64,000 nucleotides of DNA from Chrysomallon squamiferum (taxonomy: Eukaryota; Animalia; Mollusca), in assembly GCA_012295275.1 (NCBI GenBank), contig CM022665.1:5890001-5954000 (forward strand), given 5' to 3'. The notes under the pieces were generated by a model. That model made no database searches. It was not told the DNA's origin and saw only the letters and a program-made list of their open reading frames with translations. The stretch's first letter is position 1. Each line of letters begins with the position of its first letter. Positions 1-16,403 of this stretch are shown in pieces. The translations under genes were made by a program, and so were the position numbers.

Positions 1-414
1 GAGAAAAAAACTCAACAGTGTGATGGTGCACTGAAAGAAATGTATTAAAAAGAAAATTCAGAAAACAATGCTTTCAACCTAGATATTAGCAATGTTTGTT
101 TAGTGTTTGGTGTCCATTTGTAAGCAGACACCATTGTAATTAAGCGAGAAGGAAAATAACGTAATGTTTCCTTGGAACAAATAAAGGATTCAGATTGCAA
201 ATGTATACGCACTCTAAGCACGGAGAAAATCCCTTCTGTCTTTGAGCAAGAAAAGTTGCGAGTTTCCGATTACCTTACTGATTTAGTCAGTAATGTTCAT
301 TGGTTTAAAGTTATGTCTGGAAGAAAACTATGACAGCAGTACTGAAGATCTGAAAGACATGCAATTGACAAGTCAATTTTACATCGCGTACTTCAATTAG
401 TAATTGTTTTTTAC

Positions 415-428
415 CTCGTAGACGCCAT
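415..428 (-). other. Possible first exon of an unidentified gene running off the left edge (ATG GCG TCT ACG AG|gtaaaa)
   Basis: aaaATGGCG (strong start context or YY1-like motif) followed by a GT donor in a CpG-richer promoter-like patch. I found no in-frame downstream exon inside the window. Confidence 0.3.
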
Positions 429-837
429 TTTCCCGATTAGGTTCAAGGTTACAAGTTTTACTGCTAAGTGAGTCGGGGAGTACTAATGTTATGCACTTAT
501 AGGTAAGTTAGTTTTGTTACAGGTTACTACCATTTAGACTGCTTAGCCTTTCGTCTGAAGACAATAAAAATCAAATTTTTTTAGTCGTACAAGATTTGTT
601 TTTAAAAATAGCTAATTTATTACTGATCTTTTTATTTTATTTATATATGTATATACAGTGTATATTAAATGATACTAAAATAATATTTAATAACATTAAG
701 ATATAACGTCTTTTTAAATTACGTAACACTAAGTTTTAAAATATTTCAAAATTAAATTAAATTAAATAGAAATAAATTATTTAAATGAACGTAAATCTCG
801 GTGCGCTTAATTCAGATACAGTTTGAAAAAAAAAAAA

Positions 838-880
<43 letters not shown>

Positions 881-1584
881 TATTGAAGAAAAGAAAGTCG
901 CAAGATATTTACTGATAACGAGATATCGAGACGAAGTTTGCTAATTAAACTTCTTTCACTTAAAAGTAAAAATCAATCACTTCTTTCCTTAAGTTTCTTT
1001 TGAACTGCCTAACTGCTTTACAATCTGAGGCAAAGAATTTAATAAACGCCAAGACGATGCATCTCCAACAGTATGGCGGATGTCAGGTCCGGGGTGAAAA
1101 AAACAAACATGAAAAGCATCTAGCAGACCATTAAAATCGTCTGCTTTTACATGTCTCTCGAGTTGCTTGATATTTGAAAAATAATCAAACACTACGATTC
1201 ATGGAAGTATCGCATACAAGAGCTGTCGAATTTGAAATCAATCTAAGCTTACAGCTTTCTCGGCACACTGCAGTGCACCACTTGCTCTGGCGCAATAAAA
1301 TTATCAAAGTACTTTAAGAGATTTTGAAGTCTTTTTAATGAAGTTGTTTCTGAAGTTCTCCATCATCTTATTAGTTAATGGCATGTTGTTGTTTTTTTTT
1401 GTTTGTTGTTTTTTTATTGCTGTTGTTGTGGTGGTGGTGGTGGTGGTGTTTTTGTTTAAGACCGCAAATATTACTTCACAGTAATGGACATCGTTCTTTC
1501 AAATTTTCGACTGCCGTCATTTTTTGCAAGTTATTACGTTTGTTTTCCAAATGCATTTTTTGGTGGGGGGTGGGGTTGGCTATT

Positions 1585-1616
<32 letters not shown>

Positions 1617-2587
1617 CAAAAGCCTTTCAAAGCATTACTTCACGACTGAGCTACCCGTTACTGTACCTACCACAACTATTTTTTATTATTTAAATATGTT
1701 ACAAGAGTCTGCTTTTTCAATGTATCCTCCAGTTTAAACGTGAATATGAAAACCAATATCTACACGAACGACCTGAGCATATTTAACATATGTAGAGCCG
1801 AATCATTTTTTTTTTTTTAAATTATATATTTTTTCTTTTACTTGATAAACGTTAGCAGCGCATCATTGCAAACAATTTATTATTTTTTTTATTGCAACAT
1901 TGTAACTTTTTCATGTTAAGAAATAAAACCTAAAAAAAAATTACTTAAAAGTGGTTTTTACTTCTTTTTTTTGCACAAACCAATGAATAAGTTTATTATT
2001 CATGTATTATTGCAACAGTGAAGATTTTGCTAATGTGTTATTCTCCCCATTCAGATAGCTGTGAGATGTACTGAATGTTCTATCAACTTGAAGAATACCA
2101 GGTAAGTCAGAAAAAACAAACAAAAAAAAACACTCCAGGCTTTGGTAACTATAACAACATTGTATCATCACAGCAGCATTTAAGATTCAGTCATCAAAAT
2201 ACAAATATATTATTACAGTACCAATAAAGAAACAAAACCTTTTTTATTTTTATTCATATGTTTATTCAGCAAAAAGTATTTTCATTAAAGCACCAAAAAG
2301 CTTCATGTAGTACTTTTCTTTTGGGATTCCTCACTTTGGTTTAGGAAAAATAACTGATGTCAAATATTAAGACAGAAACAAAAAATCTTCAGATGTTATA
2401 CACATCTTGCCAAAATCCTCTTGGCATACATAAAATTAAAACTTTATTCATCTTGTTCATGATTATAGGTAAATCGCCAGTCAGTAACTTTACACAGACT
2501 ATTTGTCCTATTGTCCTATTGTCTTCTTGTTTTCCTCTCTCGTCTGACTGCTGAATAATCTGCAGTTTACTGTGTACTACATCCACA

Positions 2588-6804
<4,217 letters not shown>

Positions 6805-7545
6805 CCCGTTGAATATGCAATACTTGATAACCACTGCTGCAACTACCGCCGGTTTGTTTGTCGAACCACCAACTAGTCAAAATGTACCCAATTTCAAACG
6901 TATCTGATCAAGACATACCTTCCAAATAGTTAAAATCTACTCTCGCCCAGAAATCATGTACATTACTAAATAAATAGAATTTCAGAAGTTTTTTGTTCAT
7001 AAATATATTCTAAACATTATATAAAATAGCGAGTGCACTATATATATATATATATATATATAAAGTTCGCAGTTAACCAGACCGTAAACAATAAATGAAG
7101 CAGCTAATAATATTAAACATACTAACTGAAAAGCAGCCTTGCAATAAAGTAGCTATTTTCGTTTCCTTTCTTTTTATTTATTTATGATTTTATTTATTTT
7201 ATTTTAAAACGAATTGCGAGTTTGTAATGTTATAAACAATTAAACTTATAAAAACATCTTTAAAATTTTCAATTTTATATTGTTTTTCAGTAGATTTTTA
7301 TTATTAATTTTTTTTTTTTTTTTTTTTTTTAATAATGTTTCCAACATAGCTCGAATGGACTCCTAGGTGAGGAAGTACGTCATAATCTGTTTTTTGTAAC
7401 TTAACATGAAAATAATGTTTTAAAATTATAAACGAATGAGAAATAAGATAATTGTAGGTCCAAAATTTATATTTAGGAACAGTATTAAATTAGAATAAAT
7501 AGTGACGTCATCCAAAGAACAAAACAAAAATAATTCTAATCCATT

Positions 7546-7548
<3 letters not shown>

Positions 7549-7606
<58 letters not shown>

Positions 7607-7743
7607 TTTATTATTTTTTTCTTATACACTACTACGTGTAAGTATAATACTTTCTTTGATTAAGATTTTTTTTTATGTTTTTGGTTTAGTTTTGTTTTGT
7701 TTTGCTTTGCATTGTTTTTTGTTGTTGTTTTTGACATTCCATT

Positions 7744-7818
<75 letters not shown>
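7549..7818. repeat. (TC)n tract 7549-7604 and (GA)n tract 7747-7818 in the POLR2G/CHAC2 divergent intergenic region
   Basis: Directly visible dinucleotide microsatellites. Confidence 0.95.
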
Positions 7819-7821
<3 letters not shown>

Positions 7822-8074
7822 GTACACGTACTAAAATCAAATTTAAATATGTATATTGAAGTTGGATCTTCAGAAAGGAAGGATACTATTGGCCAAATTG
7901 AATAGAGTAAGTAAAAATGGCGTATCTTCATTCAACGCATATTACCTTTACATATACATGCACACGCACACACTGATTACGAGCATAATAATTTGTACAA
8001 TTATTATTTTTTTAATCTACAAATACATTTATACACACTGACGATATAAAAAAAAATTCACTTCTCAGAAGGTA

Positions 8075-8105
<31 letters not shown>

Positions 8106-8289
8106 ATACATTAACAATCTCAGCATTCCTTAAGTTGGTATGGGCCGAATCCACTGGTCCGATTTCGATGTGGTTCAAAAATGCTAGCTTCCGTAAAGGT
8201 TAGAGAACTCTATAAATGAATAAAGGGCACAGAACTCTGTTAGTCTCTTCGATTTAAACAACATTCATGTCAATGCATTATTCATCGAC

Positions 8290-9208
8290 ATGTGGATTTT
8301 TGGTTATGGCTCTTTACTGTGGAAAGTTGATTTCCCATATGAAACGAAACTTAGAGGTTACATTCAAGGATATATTCGAAGATTCTGGCAAGGAAGTGAA
8401 GATCACAGAGGGGTACCTGGTAAGGTCCGTACATAATTAATAATAACATAATAAGGTTACGTCGCCGTTGTCATAAATTGCAAAATCATACGACATGGAT
8501 ACATAATGTTTGGCATGTTCAGATGATTGTAAGAAATCTTAAAGTGAGGGCTGGTAAAGCACACTATTTATTATATATATATCATTATATGACAATGTAT
8601 ATTAATACATTATTAACAAAATGTTAAAATTATGGAAATCCCAGTTCTAAAATTAGTTCTAATTTAGTAATTATATATTTGTAAGATAATTTTTTGTTTT
8701 ATATTATAAATAATGTTAGAGAGAGTTTACAACTGATACTGGTACTGGTAATAAATTAGGGTCATTCCGTGTCAAATCACCCAATGGGTTAAACCCGACC
8801 ATCTCAGATTTTTGAACCCTCATATCTCAGAAACTACTGGGCCAGTCTTCATAAAATTGGTACTGTTGAAAAGGCAATATGACAAGGATTCCAAATCTGC
8901 CATTTATAAAAATCTGAGACGGTCGGGTTTAAATTTCTTTTTGGGGGGGGGTGATTTGACATGGAATGACCGATTATCATGCAGTAATTTCTACTTTAAT
9001 GTTATACTGCTTCTGTGTTAAATAATAAAACAACTTGCTAACATAGAATACATATTATATCATTTGTATCATTATGATTAATTCAGTTGTTGAATATCCA
9101 TGCCTAAAAATTTACGAATGGATGTGTTCACTTTTTCTTTTCACAGCCAGGAAGAGTTGTTACCCTTGTCCCAGCAGACAGTCCTGAGGTATGGTGATAG
9201 TTCAATCA

Positions 9209-9240
<32 letters not shown>

Positions 9241-9788
9241 ATTTTTTATTTTTTATTTTGTTACTACTTATATATATGCAGTCATCACGTCTATGTCAGT
9301 TACAAAACATGTTCGGCTACTAGATTAAACTGAAGTTATTATACACTCAATTACATATTCAAAATTACATTTATGGACAAAATGCATTATTCACTAAGTC
9401 TTATTTAACATTTCAGGAATGTGTTTGGGGTGTAGCATACAAAATTCCTGATGACAAGATTGAATCAGTTGTTTCCCATCTGGATTACAGAGAGAAAGAT
9501 GGGTATAAACAAACAACAGTTACTTTCCACCCAGAAGGTAGCACAGAACCTTTTAGTTTAAACTTATATATAGGAGGGCAAGAAAATCCTTTCTTCCTTG
9601 GCCCAGCTCCTATCAAAGACATTGCCCGTCAGATTTACCACTCAGAGGGGCCAAGTGGAAAAAATATTGACTACCTGTTAAATCTAGCACATGCTCTCAG
9701 GGAATTATTTCCTAACGTCCATGATCAACATGTGTTTGCACTAGAAGAAGAAGTGAATTCTGTAGCTAAAGAATATAATTGTGATTAA
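8290..9788 (+). CDS. CHAC2: ChaC glutathione-specific gamma-glutamylcyclotransferase (CHAC2-like), exons 8290-8424, 9147-9188, 9417-9788
   Basis: [17 protein letters not shown]...[27 protein letters not shown]...[10 protein letters not shown]...[10 protein letters not shown]...[18 protein letters not shown] are canonical ChaC motifs; introns are phase 0 GT-AG. Confidence 0.95.
8759..8972. mobile_element. ~214-bp MITE in CHAC2 intron 1, possibly Sola2-like
   Basis: TIRs ggtcattccgtgtcaaatcaccc / gggtgatttgacatggaatgacc. A second, internal inverted pair at 8791-8812 / 8909-8930. Flanked by a 4-bp ATTA duplication. The Sola2 assignment is inferred only from the 4-bp TSD and GGG terminus. Confidence 0.8.
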
Positions 9789-11504
9789 TGCTGGCATTTT
9801 GGTAGATAGATATATTTTCTTTTTACGAAATAGTGGGGAAAATGTAACAGACAGAAAAGGATTAGTGATATTCACTCAAGATAATTTTATAATCAAGTTT
9901 TTACTTAAATTTTTTAACCACTTTTAATACTTGTGAAAAAGGCATTGAATTTTTGGAGTATATTGTTTTTTACTTTTCATTTATGTATTATAGTACTTGT
10001 TATTGTTTTCCATGTCAAATTCTGAATATATACATTTTTATTTATTTTCATTTGTCTTTGTTGTGTCAAAAGCAGTGTTTGTTATTTGTCTGATGTCTAG
10101 AGCTGAAATGATGTTTTATGTGGATGTAATTAATATTAAATTGGTAACTTACAAATTATTTTTTTATACAAATTAATTTATTAACAACAAAAAAATGTAA
10201 ATAATTCTATTTGTTTGGTTTAGCCAATAACACAATCAAGTGCATAAAAATTAAATTATTTAATAAACTGTGCTATTGTCAAAGCCTTTTTTATTATGCA
10301 CCAAAGCACATACTTTTTGAGGTAAGTTACCTTTTAAACAATAACATAAATGAAAACAGAACCAATTAAAAAACTTTAAAAAAACTGATTGAAATGACAC
10401 TAATAAACATTGCTGATGTTAAATATCACTTTATTACTCTTGAATAAAATACAAAAGGAATTTTCAAACTCAAAAAACATAAAAAACATAAAAAACTAAA
10501 TGAACATGTACTACGAAATAAAAACACAGGCTGCCTTTAACATACTAACATAAAAGGTAACAAATTATTATTGTTGCATTTTGCTTCAGGCACCAAATAC
10601 AGTTTTTTTCATACGCCATACTGTTCCTTATTTGTGTTAATTTTAAATATTTGAGTAAAACCTACTAGAAAATTAAAATGTTTTCACAGATACATATATT
10701 AAAATATATTAAACAAAAATTCTCAGGTAGTGCAAGTGATTTCATAAGCAATAATAACCACATTATGTGTGCTGAATAAAATTAATTGTAATTTTTATTT
10801 ATTTTTTAATCTTTTTAAAAAAAAACAAAAAAAACATTGTATTTTGTAAAAAAAAATTAAATTTTGTTAAAAATGTATTTGTAAATAAAATTATTGCTTT
10901 CATATAAGACTTGTATGTATCATCTTATTTATAAAAGTAATAAAAAAAATTAAATTTCAAATGAATTTTGTCAGTGTTAAAAAAGTTCATTGACCTTTTT
11001 TTTTTTTGAATTTTCTTTTCTTTAATAAAAGTTGTAAAATATTAATTTTAACTTCCTATATATTTCATTTGCACATCTCAACCAAATTGTGGATGTTCTT
11101 AAACATCTTAATTTGATGGTATTCATTTATAACTTTTAATAATTTCACTTACAACATATCATATGTAATCCTTTTTAAATGAAATAATGAAGAAAAAAAA
11201 CAAAAGATGTATAATAATGGAAGTATAAAGATTATACAATTTATAGATAATGTTACAGTATTAAACAAAGAAAAATATTTGGTAAAATAGATAAAATTAA
11301 AAAAAATGAACCAAACATTCCAGTAAAATGCAATTCAGGTGCATTTTTTTCCAACAGTAAAGAATATAAAAAATAAAATTCCAGCAACAGTCTAGAAAAG
11401 AAAAGGATAAATTATTCAAGAAAATCTTATTTATCCTGAGGTAGAAATATCTGTAGTTAAAGAAGATAGGTTGTAAAAGAAACTTGTTGAAAAAATACCA
11501 AATA

Positions 11505-11946
11505 CAGTTGACCCTCAATTTCACAGACCTGTTTTGTGATTTCTTGAAATCCAGACTAAATCTAAAAATTAACACCATTTCCGACTTGAAACCTTACCTC
11601 TAAGTACTATTAACCCCTTCTCAAACCACTTTCCATCAAGGTAAGAGTAAATTTTATAATTGCACCCATAACTATCCTAACCTAACAAATCTCACCCAGC
11701 CAAGCCTATATTTTTTTTTTTCACTGTATATTTTTCTTTATATTTTCACTGTATGACATTATTTTGTTTACATTGTTTTTATGTCTGTATATTGTTCTTA
11801 CATTATTATATAGCTGTTAGGTGAACTAAAGTTTACTGTTTTAGTAAATTTTAGGGTTAATGTTTGTATTTGTGATTTCCTGGAATTTTGCATTTTCCAG
11901 ACCAGTGCTCGCCCCCCTATTAGTTCATGAAATCGTGGCTCAACGG
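11505..11946. mobile_element. Degenerate Tc1/mariner(pogo)-type MITE between the CHAC2 and NAA80 3' ends
   Basis: ta|cagttgaccctcaatttcac ... atgaaatcgtggctcaacgg|tg: imperfect terminal inverted repeats beginning CAG after TA. Confidence 0.5.
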
Positions 11947-13987
11947 TGCAAACCACTTCTGACTCTAATGCACAGTGAAACAGAACACATTTAATAGTGT
12001 TATAGGAATTCCTCAAATTATTGAAATTTGTGCTGTTACACAATCCTTGTAATTAAGTTCTGTTCCAGTTTCTGGTCAGAATATTTTAAAGTGCAAATAG
12101 CCGAAACACCTGTTTTCAGCATTTTTTAGAAATTAAATTAATATTAAATAATACTTAAAATTGAATAGGATATTTATGCATATTTACTGCTAATACTTGT
12201 TTTATTTAAAGTAATGATAAATAAAGGTTTATCATAGGTTTTTTTTTTTTTTTTTTTTTATTTATTTATTATATTGGATTTGAAGTTGTCTAAATACTGC
12301 TCATTCAAAAAAAAAATCTTTTTTTCTTTGGTACACATAACACAGAGTTAAAAACAGACCAGCTGAAATAACTTAATTGAGAAAATATAACTGAAACGTT
12401 GTCATCTTTGAAAATAAAAGTAATACTGGTTTAGAATGAAACAGCTAACAAAGTAGGTTATTATTATTATTACAACAACAATAACAACAACAACAACAAC
12501 AATAACAAAAATTTAAAAATTAAAATTTATAATATTAGGAGTTAAATAAATTTATTAATAGCTTACTTTCCAAATTATGTTGATATTTCGATATGTAAAT
12601 TCAGTTGTCTTTGGACTATTATTGTGTCACATTTAATTTTTTTTAAATTAACCCATTAGTTATTTTTGAATGTTTTGTAACAAGGATTAAAATGCAAATA
12701 CTTTCTCTGTTTACCTACTAAAATAACAAAAGTTTTTCCAACAAAAAAAAATAATAATAATGCTGAAAGAAGACATACAGATCAACATGAGTAAAGTAGC
12801 ACTAAATAAGTAGCACTATAAACTAAACAAGGCACACTTTTTTAAAACACTGTCTCATGTAAAGCACTCTTTGGTATAATGATCTTGTTTATATAAAACT
12901 AATAAATACAATATTAAAATGACTAATATATATATTATATATATGAACATATGTATAAAATATCTAGTTTATGCACACTGTATAATGAATTTTGTTCTGG
13001 TTAACTGAAAATCACAGTAACTTTAGTGAATCATATGATATAATATATATTTATGACACAAATTTTAATATAATAAAATATTCTGATAATGCAACTGTTG
13101 AGACTGATTAAGAAAATACACTAACCTTGAATAGACTGACATGGTTATTGCTAACAAACATAATAAACTAGTAAATTGTAAGCATTATAAATATATCTTA
13201 AGATAGATAAACAATGTTAGTTTTATCAAAAATTAAGTTTAAGAAATGGTTAAAATAATAAATAAATAGAAAATAAATAAAAATAAACAAATATGGCAAG
13301 AGATACATGTAATTGCAAAAACTAGGCCATTTTATAAAAATGGTCTATAAAAGAAAGAATTAAAGCAAAAACCACTTCTAATAAATGTCACAACTGAAAA
13401 AGCAGTTCATCTTTGGCAGTAAGAATAAATATAAAATGGGGTAAGAATATTTTATGCAGACAATAATCTGATAACAAATGTTAATATATATATATACACA
13501 TATATATACAGAGAGACAGTAACTGGTTACTGTCTTAAGATATCATGCAAAGGTTGGAATGCTGAGTGCAGTGAGGCTCTGCTGAGCTGCAATCACCATT
13601 CAACCTGAGCAGGCTGAAGAGAGTAACCAGATATTCCTTGTATCCTCCAACCCTAAATTAGCAGTAGATTCATGTATATTGATTTTGTTGCAAAAACTAA
13701 CAATAAATTACTTGTTATATTTTAAATGAAAACCATTTTTCGAAATAATCTTTTAAGAATTAAACTCTAAAGAAGTAACTTTGAACAATATGTATTAGTA
13801 AATATGTGATGTATTGAGTAAAAATAGTTCAAGCCAAAAAGCTGTGTTTTTGGTCATCATATCTTCCCACTATATATAGTGACCACAGGAGATATATAAA
13901 TGTATTGTTTACCTTATCTCAAACTCTGTGCTAAAGGTTTTGTTGTCTTTAATAATTATATAAAAATGACAGAATAATATAAATCAC

Positions 13988-16061
13988 TTAAATGGATTTT
14001 TTCAACCAAGTTAATGAATTTTTTATTAACCTTAGTTTGGGCTTCTCATCCTTTTTATCCCCTGTTATTTGAGGAGGTGGTGGTGGTGGTGGTGGTGGTG
14101 GTGGTGATGGAACATGTGGTGTAGTCACTGGCTGAGTTGATGTGGTTGTATCATTTCTAGCTGATTTTTCACACCTATCTGGTAATGATGTTTCCTCTAA
14201 TGAAACACCCATAATCTTCTTAATCTAAAATGCAACATATAACATATCTGAATGATTTAAGGACAGTATTCATTTCTTTGGATAATTTATAAAAATGTTC
14301 TGTGCAAATTCAAACTATAAATCTAAATGACACTAGTGTTTACATTTTTGAAAAAAAACACTGATAGTTTTGTTTTCATGATAATGCTTTTTTTTTTTTT
14401 TTCTATTTTACTGTCATCTTATTATTACTAAGGAATATTACAGAACACAAATATTAAAAAAAAGAAAAAAAAAGTGAACATCAAGATGATTCATTATTAA
14501 TCAGAAACAACTAACAATATATTTATAGTGACATGAAAAGTAACTTACAAAATTATCTGAAAGTCTGTGTGCGTTTGCTCCCAGTGTCAAAACTGGAGAA
14601 GATAACTGATAGCCAAGATGTTCATAAAACTCTTGTTTGTCAACAGTACTCAGAAACACTGTGTTAAATCCAAGTCTGAAAATGTGGAATAAAGCAAACT
14701 ACAAAAATGTTTTAATATATATACCTTTGTACAAGAAAAAATATTTTAAAAATAATTTAATCATTACAGTTTCTGTCTACAGCTTTCATTTGTGACACCA
14801 AAATTTACAATTTATAAAGTTGATTGCAATAATCATTTAAAGCTGTTATTATTATTTATTAATATTAATACTGAGTTTGACTCTAAAACATCAAACACAG
14901 TTGTAATGCAATGGGAAACAATGTCAAAATCAATTAATGTAGGTTCATTCACTGACCTATCATATTACAGGGTAAACATCTAAATGACAAGCTGAAACAA
15001 ATTTACATTTTTAAAATTTGTTTTAATAATCACAGGAAAATATATTACTCTCAAGACCAAGAATCATTAAGATTCAATTTTTTACCCTTTAACATAGTCT
15101 TCTGTAAGCTCCATAAGTTTTCTGCCATATCCTTTCCCTCTCAAACTTTTATCCACAACAACTGAAAAGAAACGATAATAAAGATCTAACTATATAACTG
15201 AACTGTATTATTTTATATGTATACTTTATTAATAACTGTGTTGTTTTGTTTTCGGTTTTTTTGGTTGTTTTTCTGATTTTGTTTTTTTAAATTTGTCCAG
15301 ATCTCTTTCTACTGTGTAATGATTAAACTAATAATCTACAAGACTTTTAAAATGAGAAGTTTATGCTGTTTCTGACTACAACCTGATATCTGATAAATCC
15401 CAAGTAAACAAATTGATAAGCATAAATCATAAAACTTGATATTCAACAGGAAATGCAGATCAAAAAGAAAACAAAAATCAATTTTCCAACTACCTGATTC
15501 AATAAGACAGGCATTTTGAATACCATGAACCTGCAAGATTCGACTGTGTCCAATAACTTTGTTATTCAGCAGAAGAATTAGACTGCATGGTAAATTATCA
15601 CATGATTTCTCCAAACTATAGATTCTGTAATTAAAATCACATAGAACATTACTAAAATACTAATGCTAAATACTAAATTAAAAAAGATAATAGTAATGCT
15701 TTCGGTTTAGATACTGATATTTATAATTTTGTTTGCAAACTCAATACTGTAAAGTGTAATTCAAAAACAAAATCTAGTATCTTTATGACTGACAATACTA
15801 CTCTGTAATTTAACTGGTCAACGTATTTTATACTTGGCTATTAATGATGATATGATGAAACAACATAACTTTTTTTTAAAAAGATAAATAACAATAAAAA
15901 TAAAATATATATGAACTGTCATAAATTCACTGACCACACCCCCTAGATCTATGACCAATTTACCTTGCAGCTTTACTTCTTGGCCACTCGGCATTTAGAA
16001 TGGCTGCACATTCATCTAAACTTTCTAAGTGACGATGAAGAGGAATCAAAACTAATTCCAT
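13988..16061 (-). CDS. NAA80: Actin N-terminal acetyltransferase NAA80/NAT6, exons 16061-15964, 15624-15494, 15161-15086, 14675-14549, 14224-13988
   Basis: MELVLIPLHRHLESLDECAAILNAEWPRSKAARIYSLEKSCDNLPCSLILL...VIGHSRI...IESVVVDKSLRGKGYGRKLM (GNAT acetyl-CoA motif)...LSTVDKQEFYEHLGY, followed by a polyproline loop and the WLKKSI* C-terminus typical of NAA80. Confidence 0.93.
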
Positions 16062-16403
16062 CTAGCATTGTCTCGTGATCACGGTGTTAAATCTTGAAAA
16101 ACTGCAGATTTCTCCTACAAGTTGGAGCTATTTGTTGACAGAAAACGTATTTCATTTAGGGGAGATAAATCGCGAGTTAAACTGTGGAACATAATAATGT
16201 TAAATGGTGCATGGAACGAGGATTGTTATTAATCTTTAAAATTTATTAGACACGTTTCAAACCATTTTGTGTAACAACTATATATTTTCAAAGAATATCA
16301 ATTATCCAAATTCTGATAGAAAAATTCCGGTAAACATTATGTATAAATTAACATAAAATTCCGTAATGTGTAACAACTGACTTTCAATTTTCACTTTTTA
16401 AAA
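16062..16403. promoter_or_regulatory. Bidirectional promoter NAA80/ARMT1 (342 bp between start codons)
   Basis: Divergent ATGs; contains GGGGAGATAAA (16159), TCGCGA (16170) and ETS-like TTCCGG (16325). Confidence 0.7.

Noticed and set aside
351-360. tgaaagacat matches the 5' end of miR-71
   Set aside because: The match ends after ~11 nt and there is no hairpin.
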